The notes: a model not told the origin generated them from the letters alone. Shown: positions 1-13,479, counted from the first letter of the stretch. The stretch: 64,000 bases of DNA from Squalus acanthias (GCA_030390025.1 CM059432.1:133984001-134048000), one strand, 5' to 3'. A program made the numbers and translations.

Positions 1-346
1 AGAGAAAAATTAGCCAGGGCTCCCGCTCCTGATTACTATCTAGTGACCCTTGGTGGAAGTGCGGGGATGTTGAACAAGAGCTGTGTCGGCTTGGCCTGCC
101 ATGCCCTCCGTGATAAAAATAACCGACCAATGTTCTACTGTCTAGGACTATTGGCATGAAGAATGACCACTTGGGTGAGGTGCTAGAAGGATTCTTCGAC
201 CCGTGAATCTGTAGCACAGCCCGAGTCAGTAGCTTCGGAAGAAGAGGGGAGTAAACGGAAAACAAAATATACCTAGTCAATCCCTAACTATCTGCTTTAA
301 CATTACAGTAGATGGGTTTAAGAATACAAAAGTATCTTGTTGGAGT

Positions 347-411
347 TGCACAAGTACTTCATCTTGGCTGCTATTACTCATAGAGTCATAACAAGATGAA
401 GTACTTGTGCA
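347..411. repeat. Perfect 20-bp inverted repeat with a 25-nt spacer
   Basis: tgcacaagtacttcatcttg (347-366) / caagatgaagtacttgtgca (392-411). Confidence 0.95.
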
Positions 412-413
412 GC

Positions 414-685
414 CCCGATTTCCTTCGCCCCACCATTGACGGCTGTGCTTTCAGCTGCCTGGGCCCCAAACCTCTGGAATTGTCTCCCTAAACCTCTCCG
501 CCTCTCCACCTCTCTCTTCCTTTAAGATGCTCTTTAAAACCTTCCTCTTTGACCAAGCTTTTGGTCACCTGTCCTAATATCTCCTTATGTATCTCGGTGT
601 CAAATTTTGTTCGATAATCACTCTTGTGAAGCGACTTGGGACGTTTTACTGCATTAAAGGCGCTATATAAATGCAAGTTGTTGTT
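414..685 (+). mobile_element. L2 3' end
   Basis: Same tail, ending aggcgctatataaatgcaagttgttgtt. Confidence 0.85.
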
Positions 686-1503
686 GGTTTTCTCAGTCCA
701 ATCCCTGGAGCATATCCCATTGCATTGTGACAAAAACTTCTGCCGTTTTATGCCACTATATATATGAGCAAGCCTGCCATGAAACTGAAGTCACCCATTG
801 CTACACGGCCATATCTTACTTTGTAAGAAAGCAATGAGTGACAGACTGCTGAAGGCCTTTTAAAGCGTAGGGCCCAGGCCAGCAGGTAACATTCCTGTTT
901 TCTGTCACAACTGCTGGTCTTCAACCACCCAGTAAACTTCTCCCACTTGATAAGTTCCAGGGCACTCCTCAGTCAGTGCGGCATGCATCCGCACATTTAA
1001 CTTCACAGGAAAAACTGGTTCATTCAGCACCTCCATCACCCCCACACCCCACAACAAAAATTGTCATTCGTAAAATCGCGGGGTGGAGGTTGGGTGTTGT
1101 AATTCGCTAACCGGCAAAAAAAAATGACGTTTTCAGGAATGTTTATCACTGAGACTCTGAAGACTTGTTTTATCTCCCATCATTTTGTTATTTCTTTAAA
1201 GAATTAAAAACGGATTTGACATTTTCCAGACGTTAACCCTTTACAATCTGCTCACTCTGGCATTTGCAACAACACCTTTCGAGTTCCTCACCGAATGTCA
1301 CATACTTGGATTAAACACTTCGAGCTGCTCCAGGGATATACAGACTTTGGACAACCATGATTATGACCATTGCTTCTGAGGTAACACATCCGTTTAATCA
1401 CTGAAAGTTTTTTTTTTTCTGCACACCTTTTGTTTAATTTGCCACCAATTCTTGGTTCCAAGCCTGTTTGCCCCCTTAAGGTATCCATTTCCAGAAGGCT
1501 TCG

Positions 1504-1674
1504 GGGGGATCATTTTGACTTTGTGCGATAGTGTAAAATGGGTGATAGCGAGTCGGCAGCCTGTTTTACATCTCTCCCCATTCCAATGGAAATCAAAATG
1601 GGGAAAGGTGGCAAACGGGCTGCCGGCTCTCTATCGCCCATTTTACACTATCGCACCGAGTCAAAATTACCCAC
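1504..1674. mobile_element. Foldback MITE
   Basis: attttgact..tgcgatagtgtaaaatggg..gatag mirrored as ctatcgcccattttacactatcgca..agtcaaaat. Confidence 0.8.
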
Positions 1675-2804
1675 TTTAGATAAGGCTCTCAGAAACAAGC
1701 ATCTGAAAAGCACCCACTGTTAATATGTGTATACGTATAGCATGTGTGTAAATATTAACAGGCTACTGGTTTTCTGTTTTCATGATGGAGTCAGGGAGTG
1801 TGGTTCCCAGAAAAAAACACTCAAAGTCACAGAATCCTGTGTAAAAAAAAAATATTGACTTATTGGGATGGATTTCCCTGAGCTACATCGCCAGAAATCA
1901 GGTGGTAAAGAGGCAGAAAACGATGCATAAATCGGGCGGGGAAGCCTACCACTGCTTCCCCACCCCTATCAGTGTTAACCTTGATTTTCCTCCCACCCCC
2001 CACCATAGGGATGTAGGCCAGAGTGCCAGCCGCATGGAGGCCCGGGAACCCACACCGTTTCCCTCCCCTTCCACTAGCTGAACCCGCTATTGGAGGAAGA
2101 AGGCCCAGAAGAGGTCCCTCTCCCGTTGCTCTGCACCCTAATCCTTACCTGGTTTCGGCCTCGGTTGAGTCCAAGGCTGCATATTCCTTCTACAGCAGTG
2201 GATCCCTGCTTACTTAGATAGCCCTGATCCAGGAAAATGGGCAGGGAGCACGGTAAGTAGTTCAGGGAGAGAATTCATGAGCTTAGGGCCTAAGCAGCTG
2301 AAGGCACGGCCGCCAATGGTGGAGCGATTAAAATCAGGACTGCACAAGAGGCCAGAATAGGAGGAGCACAGAGATCTTGGAGGTTCATAAGAACATAACA
2401 TAAGAAATAGGAGCAGGAGTAGGTCATTCACCCTTCGAGCCTGCTCCGCCATTCAATACGATCATGACTGATCTTCTACCTTAACTCCACTTTCAATAGG
2501 GTCATAGTGCTGGAGGAGGCTACAGAGATAGGGAGGGATTCTATCATCAAGCCAGAGGGATAATGTGTATATCCATTCCTATTCCAGCCATGGATGCTGT
2601 TTTCAAAGTGACTTTTTTAAAAGAACTACAGCAATCAATGATGTGTATACTTGGACAAATGCAAGGTGATCTACCATCAAACAAACCATTAAATAATATT
2701 GTGTTGCACGCATGTCACTGTTATAACTTGGAGACCCACCCACTACAGTCTGATTTATTGATGGTAAATGATGTCAGATGGCTTACTAAAAAACAAACAA
2801 CAAC

Positions 2805-3565
2805 AATAACAACTTGTGTTTATACAGCACCTTTAACGTAGTAAAACGTCCCAAGGCGCTTCACAGGAGTATTGTAAGACAAAAAATTTGACACTGAGTC
2901 AACTAAGGAGAAATTAGGGCAGGTGACCAAAAGCTTGGTCAAAGAGGTAGGTTTTAAGGAGCCTCTTAAAGGAGGAAAGAGAGGTTGCAAGGTGGACAGG
3001 TTTAGGCAGGGAATTCCAGAGATTAGGGCCTAGGCAACAGAAGGCATGGCCACCAATGGTTGAGAGATTATAATCAGGGATGTTCAAGAGGGCAGAATTA
3101 GAGGAGCGCAGATATCTCGGGGGTTGTGGGGCTGGAGGAGATTACAGAGATAGGGAGGGGCGAGGCCATGGAGGGATGAGAATTTTTAAATCGAGGCTTT
3201 GTTTAATCGGGAGCCAATGTAGGTCAGCGAGCACAGGGGTGATGGGTAAACGGGATTTGGTGCGAGTTAGGACACGGTCAGCCGAGTTTTGGATGACCTC
3301 AAGTTTACGTAGGGTAGAATGTGGGAGGCTGGTCAGGAGTGCATTGGAATAGTCAAGTCTAGAGGTAACAAAGGCATGGATGAGGGTTTCAGCAGAGGAT
3401 GAGCTGAGGCAGGGGCTGAGATGGGCGATGTTATGGAGGTGGAAATAATTGGTCTTAGTTATGCCGCGGATATGTGGTCGGAAGCTCATTTCAGAGTCAA
3501 ATATGACACAAGATTACGAACAGTGTGGTTCAGCCTCAGACAGATGTTAGGGAGAGGGATGGAGT
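2805..3565 (-). mobile_element. L2 LINE 3' fragment
   Basis: ORF 3142-3489 AETLIHAFVTSRLDYSNALL..ITPVLADLHWLPI is an L2 ORF2 C-terminus; (aac)n tail. Confidence 0.92.
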
Positions 3566-4394
3566 CCCAAGAACAAAACAAGGCCTTTTTCAACAGCACC
3601 TCCCAAACCCACGACCTCTATCACCTAGAAGGACAAGGGCAGCAGACGTGTGGGAAAACCATCACCTACAAATTCCCCTCCAAGTCACACACCATCCTGA
3701 CCTGGAAATATATTGTCATTCCTTCATCGCTGGGTCACAATCCTGGAACTCCATCCCTAACAGCACTGCAGAAGTACCTTCACCACACGGACTACAGCGG
3801 TTCAAGAAGGTGGCTCACCACCACCTTCTCAAGGGCAATTAGGGATGGGCAATAAATGCTGGCCTTGCCAGCGACGCCCACATCCCATGAATGAATAAAT
3901 AAAATGTTACTGCAGCATGAAGGAAAGGCAATCAAAGTGTAGGTCAATTCCAATGCTGTCACTAGTTAGCACAACATTATCAAGGCCCTTTGTAAGCTCC
4001 CTGATGGCTCACTTGGCAAAGTCAGGATGTAATTAATCCGTACAGAGCAGACGGGCCCAGGTTCAATTTCTGCATTGTGCTACATTAGCTGATAACAGTC
4101 ATAGTGTTAATGTTCGTGCTGCGATTGGTTTGAGTATCCCTGGGTTAGAGAGAGAGAGGTGAACTGGCCTGGATTCCCACCCCGTCTTGCGATCTGCAAA
4201 ACCTTGTTGGAAAGTAGAAATTGAGTAACTCACAGTTAAATAGTCTGCTAACACTCATTGTCTAGATTCACATGTGAAGAATGGCCACTTGGAGAGGAGA
4301 AAGTTGAAAAAATGGGGGGTGTGGGTGGGTCAAATCATTTGGCATCCTCTCTAAAAACCTGACAGTCGAATCTTCAATTGTGTCTATTTATTTT

Positions 4395-4849
4395 TATATT
4401 CGTTCATGGGATCTGGGCGTCGCTGGCAGGGCCAGCATTTATTGCCCATCCCTAATTGCCCTCGAGAAGGTGGTGGTGAGCCGCCTTCTTGAACCGCTGC
4501 AGTCCGTGTGGTGAAGGTACTCCAACAGGTCGAGAGTTTCAGGATTTTAACCCAGCGACGATGAAGGATCGGCGATATACTTCCAAGTCAGGATGGTGTG
4601 TGACTTGGAGGGGAACTTGGAGGTGGTGGTGTTCCCATGCACCTGCTGCCCTTGTCCTTCTAGGTGGAAGAGGTTGCGTGTTTGGGAGGTGCTGCCGAAG
4701 AAGCCTTGGCGAGTTGCTGCAGCGCATCTTGTAGATGGTACACACTGCAGACACGGTGCACCGGTGGTGGAGGGAGTGAATGTTTAAGGTGGTGGATGGG
4801 GTGCCAATCAAGCGGGCTGCTTTGTCCTGGATGATGTCGAGCTTCTTGA
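4395..4849 (-). mobile_element. CR1-group LINE 3' fragment
   Basis: KKLDIIQDKAARLIG..HSLHHRCTV. Confidence 0.88.
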
Positions 4850-5727
4850 TTATTTGATTATTCTGCCCCATGCTCACAGATTCAACACAATTGAAACTGC
4901 ACTAGGCTGTCAAGATATCTCCATTTATGTTAGCAAACATTTCCAATGTAAATCTGATGGCATATTTTAAAAAAATATTTACTGAACATGATCGAATGTC
5001 GGTAGTGAACTTGAAAGCAGGTGCCTGGGTTACTTCCTGCTGTGGCAGCGATGTTTAAGCACTTTGTTTTATCTTGTGCCATGTGCCAAAAGGTCACCAC
5101 CGTGGTGGAACCTCAGAGGAATGCATACCACCTCATCCATTATTGATTTTAGAAAAATGCAACACCAGATGAAGCTCCTGACCCAAGTGACTTGAGGTTT
5201 CTGGCATTATGCACATCACTTCTGGCAGAAGCATGTTCACCTGCAATTAAAACCTCGGCCTAGTTAAGAGGTGCAGGGTACGTTTAGAAAGGGGATCGGT
5301 CTGCACCCTGATGGCTCAGTTTGTAAATACACCGGCCAATGTGGAACTAAGGCAATACATACCAGGAAGGTCCTCGGTTTGACTCCCAGTCTGTGCTGAG
5401 TTAGCTGATTTTAGCTGAGGTGCGACAATTAGCTTCAATGCCTCTGGGCTACAAAGGAAAAAATAATCAGCCTTCAAGGTTCTTGCTCCTAATTACTACC
5501 CAGTGACTCCTGCTGTAAAATGTATGTGGGTGTCATGTCAGGTGAGGAGAGGATCAAGCTTGGCCGGGATACACCCATGGCTGAATAGTCTGTCCACACT
5601 CACTCTCTAGACTCACACATGAAGAGGGCGGGTGAGTGAAAGTCTTATTTAAAGAAATTCAAACTGTACCTCACCATCAAACGGGACCTGCCATTTCTTT
5701 CCCTTTATTCATTTTAATAGTTTCTTT

Positions 5728-6935
5728 CTGTGGCTCAGTGGGTAGCACTCTCGGCTCTGAGTTAGAAGGTTGTGGGTTCAAGGCCCACTCCAGAGACTTG
5801 AGCACAATATCCGGTACAGTACTGAGGGAGTGCTGCACTGTCTTCCAGATGAGACATTAAACCGAGGCCCCACCTGCCCTCTAAGGTGGACTTAAAAGAT
5901 CTAATGGCACTATTTCGAAGAAGAGCAGGGGAGTTCTCCCTGGTGTCCTGGACAATATTTATCCCTCAACCTGAGGTGGGAAGAGGCTTGTGTGGAGCAT
6001 AAACACCGGCACAGACCAGTTGGGCTGAATGGCCTGTTTCTGTGCTGTAAATTCAATGGGCCGGATATTCCGATCCCTATGCGTGTGTACGTGCTGTGTA
6101 CCCACCCGTAGGGACATTGGAAATGCCGGTTTCAGGCATGCACAGCGCATGCGCTGGAAACCGGCATTTCCTATTGTCAAGAAAGCTCTTGACAGATCCT
6201 CCGGCTGCCCAGGAGAAGGGCCTCTGCGGGCGGATAGTACAATTCTTACCAGGATAAGAGTTGAAAAAAGTTTTTTTTTTAAATTTCCACTGATTTATCA
6301 TTTAAAAATACTTTAAAGAAAGGTAAGTTTATTTTTAGCCCCGTTAAAAACTTAAATTATTTTTTTCAAAAATTTAAATTTTTGTTTAAAATAGTTAATT
6401 TATGTAATTTCAAGTCATCTTAAAAATGTGATTTTTTAAAAAAAAATTATTTAAAGTTTTACTATGTTTTGGGGGTGATCTCCATTCATATATTTGACAG
6501 GTTTTCCTGTCAAATGTATGAAGGGAGATTCCCTTCTCTGATTGGCTCACCATGGCCCACGTGATCCCAGGGACGCTGCGAACTACCTGCGCCTCTCGGA
6601 TACGTGGGGCCCTGCACACCGGCAGTTTGGAGAGGCCCAGCAGCGGAACTCTGCGCCTCCCGGGAGCCCTCCGGTCTTGGCGCAGATTTTTCCAGATCAC
6701 AGCCCTCCGCCCTCGGGAGGCCTGCGATCGGAATATCTGGGCCTATATAACTACTGCAGATGATCTGGTCATTATCACATTGCTGTTTGTGGGACCTTGC
6801 TGTGCGCAAATTGGCTGCCGCATTTCCTACATTACAACAGTGACTACACCTCAAAAGTACTCCACTGGCTGCAAAATGCTTAGGGACTTCCTGAGGTCGT
6901 GAAATGCGCTATATAAATGTAAAAGTTCTTTCTTT
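5728..6935 (+). mobile_element. DeuSINE interrupted by a CR1 tail (about 5975-6057) and MITE M1
   Basis: 5' half ends near 5972 and 3' half resumes near 6757. Confidence 0.85.
6058..6743 (+). mobile_element. Harbinger-type MITE, family M1, copy 1
   Basis: TIR gggccggatattccgatc / gatcggaatatctgggcc; shared core ctttaaagaaaggtaagtttatttttagc and tttgacagg..cctgtcaaa hairpin. Confidence 0.85.
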
Positions 6936-8696
6936 CATTGTTTTCCCCCGTGGTTTTGGTTCCACTCATTTTAAGAATGTGTCTGCGTACATTTCTGTGC
7001 AGCTTAGCTAAAGAGCATTAGTTGTGGGTCAGCTGGACTACAGAGGGGGTAAGAAGGTATATTTTGGCATTGTTCCCTGGGTAGGAACCAGGCCTGTTAA
7101 CAAAAACTGAAACAATTACTCACAGCAGACATGGAGGAATCGTGAATGTTTTTAGCATTTGCGTCCCATTTCAAAAAATTAACTCCCCCCCTCCCCTAAA
7201 CAGGAGCGTGCAGAATGATAACCTTAGTGCCTGTGGAGGTAATTGAGTAACTCTCCATGAAGTGACAGTGGTAAGAGTGCAGTTAAAAAAAAACAGTGTC
7301 TAGCTGTCTGTCACTGACTGAACATCACTCTACCTAATATTTAATAGAATAAATAAGCGCACTGTACATCCATTTAGCATTAGCTGTGAATGTGTACATC
7401 ACATGTCATAGAGCCCAAGCTACTCTCTAATGAAAAATAATAAATTGTCCCCTATTCCAGTAAATACCTGTTGAATAATATATTCAATATTGATTTATTG
7501 ATGGTCTCCATTGTGCATTCATTAACACGCATCACAATACAGTGATAAATGAAGTTTCCTCGTTGCGGAGATACATATTGAACTTTAAATTAACTTCTGT
7601 TTTCTATTCCAAAGAGATTTCAAACATGGAAAAATAAAATCATCACAGAATTCATCAATTACATTTACTTCTGCTTGCGCTATATAAAAAAAAGAAAATC
7701 ATCACAGCGCATGTTAATATAGTAATATCATAACAATTTCAGCATGTTACTGATATTGATGTGACTTTCTGAATCTGTCCAGTGAATGGAATAAATGTGC
7801 TTTCTGCTACAGGAAGAAAGCAATTGTTTTTTTAGATAGATTCCCCTAACTGTTTCTTACTTCGAATTATGAAACGAATAATTGGCATGCACTGAAATTA
7901 AAAATCCTTTTACAACGAGCCTGCACTCAGCTTTAACCGTGTGTAATATTTAACAATCGGAGAGCATTTTATCTTTTGCGTCTCTTGTGTCTGACCACGG
8001 AAACATGGGCCGTTATTCTTGTGGCGGGGGGGGGGGGGGGGGGCGGTGGTGGGGTTGGCACCTCTGCAGACAGCCACTGTGATACACTAACCACATGATG
8101 TGGGGCATGGGAGACGGACAGGTGTCCACTTCCAGGATCTGTGTCAGGGATTCACACACACGCTCAGACTCGAGCAGTTGGCTGTGGCCAGCTGGAGTGG
8201 GAGAGGAAAGTGTGGAGTGGGAGAGGAAATGATGTATGGAGATTGGGAATTAAGGCACAGCTCAAAGAAACTAGAACAGGTTGTTTCTAATAAAACTCAT
8301 CAGCCATCAAAAATTAGGCAGGGATGAATTAATTATGCTGCCCCAATGATATTTCACCGAGGCGAAGAAATATTAACTACTTATCCCAGATGTTATGTCC
8401 AGGTTGTTCCCATCAGAAAAATAGCATCTATGTCACAAAATACTAGTTGAGATCTTTTGCAGACCTTCACATGCTACAGCTGAAACCTTTGAGAATTAAA
8501 AGCTATGCCCCATTTAACACAATTCAACCTTCTCAAAGTTACAGAGGCTTGAATAAAAATGGAATTGAACTGTTAAAAGGTGCACGATGCAAGGCATTCC
8601 ACTTCAGCCACTTGTCTTAGAAATAATTTGCAAGCGCCTGTGATGCCCTGTGGGTGACTGCATAGCATGTTGTGGTGCTGAGCCATTCAGACCAGA

Positions 8697-9663
8697 TAGG
8701 GATGCCAATCGCACCGGAATGGTCGGGAATCTCCCGGAATCAAAGCTAAATCTGCCTGGCACTGTTGCGAGCAACCTGGGAGAAAATGCGGAACTACGTT
8801 GGCACCATCGCGTGTTCGCGGTGACCCTTTGAATGACCTCTAACCTATATTGTTTTCCTGTTGTCTGGCAATTGGCCCGAACAGGTTTTTTTTTAAACTA
8901 CCCAACAAGATGGAAAAACAAAAAATCTCCCCACCCCTTCAAGAAATCCTACAGGGGATTGTGATTCTGATTAGTTGGAACAGATTGGCAAAGGCAGCAA
9001 GCTTAGATTTTGATTGGCTCGTTTTACTCTCGCTGTGAGAGGTGGATTTCCACGGTTGGACATGGGAATGAGCAGGCCCCAGACCATCTGCTGGTAGTTA
9101 TTGACTGCATCGTATCTCTGAGCTTTGAGAAGTTGGAACTAGGGCTTGAGGTTTCTTTCATTATTGTAGGTAAGGATTGTTTAAAGAGGGGTATGGACAT
9201 ATGTGCGGATATAACATAAACCCCAGACTCAGTATTTGCGATAGAGATTCAGGTGAAGGGGCTGGTGTTTAAAGGGCTGTTTTGCAGGCACTGGACTTCT
9301 CCTTCCGTCGGTTTGAAATTTTTCACCTCCACCAGTCAAGCTAAGGCACTGTCAGGGGGTCAGGGTTACGGAACCAATGCTGGTAGATGGAGTTAAGATA
9401 CAGATCAGCCATGGTCTAATTGAATGGTGGAACAGGCTCGAGGGGCTGAATGGCCTATTCCTGTTCCTATGTATGCACCTGTTCTGAAAGGTGAACCACA
9501 ACAACAGACACACACTCCTGGAGCAGGAACGATGCCCAATAGAGCTGTCCACACCTGCTTCAGTGAGCAGGACAGGCCGGGCAGTAACAGACAGGCAGCT
9601 TAGTGAGCAATCGTCACGTGATCAAGCCTCCAGGAACACGCCCAACCAGAGTTGGCAAACCTA
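8697..9663 (+). mobile_element. hAT non-autonomous element inserted in a tRNA-SINE; carries a CR1 tail at about 9353-9472
   Basis: TIR tagggatgccaa / ttggcaaaccta; perfect 8-bp TSD agaccaga. Confidence 0.88.
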
Positions 9664-10284
9664 AGACCAGAAGGTCCCAGGTTTGGTCCCTGGCTTGCGC
9701 TGAGTTAGCTGATCTCAGTCAGGACAGTGGTTAAGGCGCTACCATTGACTTCACCTTCTCTGGGCTAGAGAGCAGAAAATTCAGCAAAGGTTCTAACGAC
9801 TGATTGCTATCCAGTGACTCCTCCTGGAAAGTGTGAATGTCTGGAGAGGGCAATGATTGTGGCCAAATGACTTCCCAACACATAGGCCTGGATTTTCCTC
9901 GGCCTGTCAGAAACATGGTGCCATGGGACCTACGCCCACCCACATGACTCTGCTGGTAGCCCACAGTATTTTCCTGGGGGGTGGGGGGGGCTAATTTCAT
10001 ACGCAGGACAGGTCTAAAGCAGGACTTCTGCTCCTGGTTGCTGCTCCAATACTGGCATGGAGAGAAATGTGGTTTAGCTGCAGTAGTTATAGGGCAGCTG
10101 CACCTTACAGGTCCGAAAGTGCAGAAAATTGTGTAAGAGAGAGAGAGAGAGCGAGAGGGTGGGAGCACAAGAATAGGAGTTGATTTGCAGAAGGAAGGGA
10201 GTGACTGGTGTGACCAAAACCCCAAGTTTCTCAGAAGCTTTCATGGAGGTTATGTTAAAGAGAAAGAAAGAAAGAAAGAAAGAA

Positions 10285-10700
10285 ATTGCTTATATAGCCT
10301 ATTTCACGATTTCAGGACGTTCCAAAATGGTTTACAGACAATGAAGTACTTTTGAAGTGTAGTCACTGTTGTAATGTAGAAAACATGGCAGCTAATTTGT
10401 GTACAGCAAGCTCCCACAAACAGCAATGAGATAATGACCAGATCATTTGTTTTTTAGTGATGTTGGTTGAGGGATAAATATTGGCCAGGACACCAGGGGG
10501 ACCCCCTGCTCTTCTTCGAAATAGTGGCGTGGGATCTTTTACGGTGGGGGCTCGAGTTAAGGTTTCATTTGAAAGACGATACCCCCTCAGTACTGCACTG
10601 AAGTGTCAGCCTAGATTATGGGCTTGTCTCTGGAGTGGGACTTAAACCCACAACCTTCTGACTCAGAAGCAAGTGCGCTACCACTGAGCCACAGCTGGCA
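10285..10700 (-). mobile_element. DeuSINE
   Basis: Reverse complement of the family, with a (gaaa)n tail at 10261-10285. Confidence 0.88.
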
Positions 10701-11414
10701 TCTTTGTCGGCAGAGATAATGGGCAAAGAGAGAGACAGGCTCTTTGGCACCCAAGGCAGGAAGGCCCAGGAAAGACTGATGCAGGCAGTATGGAGGGAGG
10801 TGTTTCAGGCAGTCATTGCCACCTCCGCCACCCCATGAGCAACAATACGATGCCAGAAATGTTTTAATGGCCTTACGACGTTGGGCAAAGTAAGCGAAGG
10901 CACAAGTACCCACGCAGATCCTGAAATAATGCTGGAAGCATGACTCACATCCACACAGTGTAAACTAAGAGATGAATGAGACAGTTAATGTGCACCAGAT
11001 GCTTCACCAACAGCCCTCCTTCCAAAGTCACACATCCCTCTCCCACCACATCACTGTTCTTTATCCTAGAGAGCAAAGGTGCAGGTATTTGAATGCAAAG
11101 AGAAGAGATTGCAACAGGGTGGCATTCAATTTTGAATTAATCAGTAGCCTTTCTAACTCTTTATTTTCTTTGCCCATAATCAATGACAAAAGAGTACCAT
11201 GGCTGGGGGAACTGCAGTCACCAGCTCCTTAAATAGACATGAGGAGGAAGCTATTTAACACCTCAGCACACACACTGGAGAGGTGGTGGAAGATGGAGGA
11301 GTTGGAGGGAAGCTGTCAGGTTCAGGTTGGTAATAGTATGGATCATCTACAGTACTGTGAGAGGTTGCAGTCTTCAGACATTCTGTAAGAGATCCTATTA
11401 TTGCTCAGTCACTT

Positions 11415-11728
11415 CGTCTTTCAAATGAGATGTTAAACCGATGCCCCGTCTGCTCTCTCAAGTAGACGTTGGCACTATTTCGAAGACGAGCAGGGGAGTT
11501 CTCCCTGTTGTCCTGGCCAATATTTATCCCTCAATCAACATCACTTAAAGAGATTATCTGGTCATTATCACATTGCTGTTTGTGGGACCTTGCTGTGTGC
11601 AAATTGGTTGCTGTGTTTCCTACATTACAACAGTGACTGCACTTCAAAAGTACTTCATTGGCTGTAAAGCACTTTGGGACGTCCTGAGGTCGTGAAAGGC
11701 GCTACATAAATGCAAGTCTTTCTTTCTT
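11415..11728 (+). mobile_element. DeuSINE, 5'-truncated
   Basis: Family match. Confidence 0.88.
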
Positions 11729-11814
11729 AATCACAATTGTGAGTGCACCCTCCTAAAATGAATTGACGTTGTATCCCTCACAGGTGCTGGATGTTTAGAG
11801 AAAGAAAGAAAAAA

Positions 11815-12070
11815 CCTTGCCTTTATATAGTGTCCTTCATGTCCTCATCCCAGAACACTTCGCGGCTAATCAAGTACTTTTGAAGTGTAGTCATTGCTAT
11901 TATGTAGGCAAACATGGCAGCCAATTGGTGCACAGCAAGGTCCCACAAACAGCAGTGAGATAAATGACCAGTTAATCTGTTTGTGCGGTGTTGGTTAAAG
12001 GTTAAATATTGGCCAGGACACCAAGGAGAACTCCCCTCTTCTTCTTCAAGCGGTGCCACGGGCACTTTTT
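11815..12070 (-). mobile_element. DeuSINE, 5'-truncated
   Basis: Family match, reverse strand. Confidence 0.82.
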
Positions 12071-12804
12071 AAATGTAACTGGAGTTGATTTAAGTGTTTA
12101 GAAAGTGTAGATGCTCCCACCCACACTCACAAAACATATGGGGGGGGCGATTTTTGCCGAATACTTTAGGCGCTAAAGAGGTAAAGAAGTGGCCAAGGTG
12201 GGGTCTTAAGCTGAAACTCTGGTTTAGCCTCCGTTTAGGGCAAGACGTCATCTTGGTAAAGGAGTTGAAGCCAGCACTAGGATCAGCCTCCCGGAGGCTT
12301 GTTAAACAGCTGATTGCCACTTAAAATGCCTGCTAGCACTCAAGAAAGAGGCTGCGCAGCATTTTGCCAGCTAGCGCTTCAACTAACGCCCTCTCCTAAC
12401 AGCGACTAGCTGTTTGGGAGTAAACACGGTGTTGATGTCAATTTCAAGCGCTACTTAAAGGGATACTCACCACTTAAAGGGATACTCACCACTTCATGGT
12501 CATTGCTGCTGGAGCTGTCAAGAGGACCTCTGAAACACATCGGGAGACTTTCTGGGACACTTTGTCAAGACTTCACCAACACATTTATTTCAGAAATTCT
12601 CTGAGGACTTCACCTAAAAAGAGTAAGTGCTGTGCAACTCCACTTTATTGGACACTTTATAGGAGTCGTCAAGAGAAAGGGAGTGCTTGGTCATCGGCAT
12701 CTTGCTAGGGGTCCCCCTTGGACTGGACGAGGAATGGGAGGAGGACATGAGGCCAGACAGAGCAGCACCAGCTGCTGCAGGAGAGAGGGACAGGAGGGCG
12801 AGGA

Positions 12805-12929
12805 GGGCGAGATGCTGTCCTTCCCCCCTGTGGGTACAGGACACCCCTCCTCCTCTGGACCTGCTCCACCAGAACCTCCAGTGCCGCATCCGAGAACCTG
12901 TGCGCCCTCTCCCTCGGTCCCTGAGCCAT
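12805..12929 (-). pseudogene. Truncated Harbinger Myb/SANT-like DNA-binding protein N-terminus
   Basis: RERAHRFSDAALEVLVEQV resembles the NAIF1/MSANTD-type trihelix start. Confidence 0.8.
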
Positions 12930-13052
12930 CCTGCAGCGTGCTGCTGTGTGCCAGCCAGAGCACTTCACACCTTCAGTGGAAGTGGGTGAGGAACCCACAT
13001 ATACTGCGCCACAAAAATTGCGTCTAATCAGCACTTGAGTGCTAAACTTGCA

Positions 13053-13161
13053 GGGGCTAGAAATTCATCCCGGGCGGTAGCGCAAAACGGGCGGTATCAG
13101 ATCGGCCGTCAATTATGCACAGCACCTGATATTCAGTTCCGTTGCAGTCGATTTCTAGGCC
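13053..13161. mobile_element. Half-deleted copy of the 32140 foldback MITE, nested in the Harbinger derivative
   Basis: One arm plus TIRs ggggctagaaat / atttctaggcc. Confidence 0.75.
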
Positions 13162-13479
13162 ATAGGTTTCTGGTTAGCACCTCCAGGCAAGTTCAAATTA
13201 TGGTAATCAGCAATTAGGACCAAAATTGTGTGCTAAATCCGGACTTTCAAACAGGCGTGTCTTATTAGCACTGCACCCATTTAGCACCTGTTTTCACCCT
13301 TTGGCCAAAATAACTCCCCTAACATGTAGTGATGTGGAGGGGAGTTCCGCACTTACCTGCAAGAAAACAGAACCATCTACTGGGTGGGAGAATTCCAGTT
13401 GTATCCAATTCTAATATAAATGAGGTAGTGTTTGGTGGGAATCAGCACTGCAGCTACTGGTCTCAGACTGGTAGCTGCA

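Larger units (their letters stand above)
12141..13319. mobile_element. PIF/Harbinger internal deletion derivative
   Basis: Imperfect TIR ggggcgatttttgccga / ttggccaaaataactcccc followed by taa; minus-strand Myb/SANT-like start MAQGPRERAHRFSDAALEVLVEQVQRRRGVLYP. Confidence 0.8.

Noticed and set aside
392..413. miR-143 resemblance (agatgaag.act)
   Set aside because: Several mismatches including near the seed start, and the other arm is a perfect complement unlike the real precursor.
12453..12490. 19-bp tandem duplication acttaaagggatactcacc
   Set aside because: Ordinary slippage or subterminal repeat within the Harbinger derivative.
12705..13034. NAIF1/MSANTD host gene
   Set aside because: Only the first ~40 residues are present and they lie inside a TIR-bounded element.
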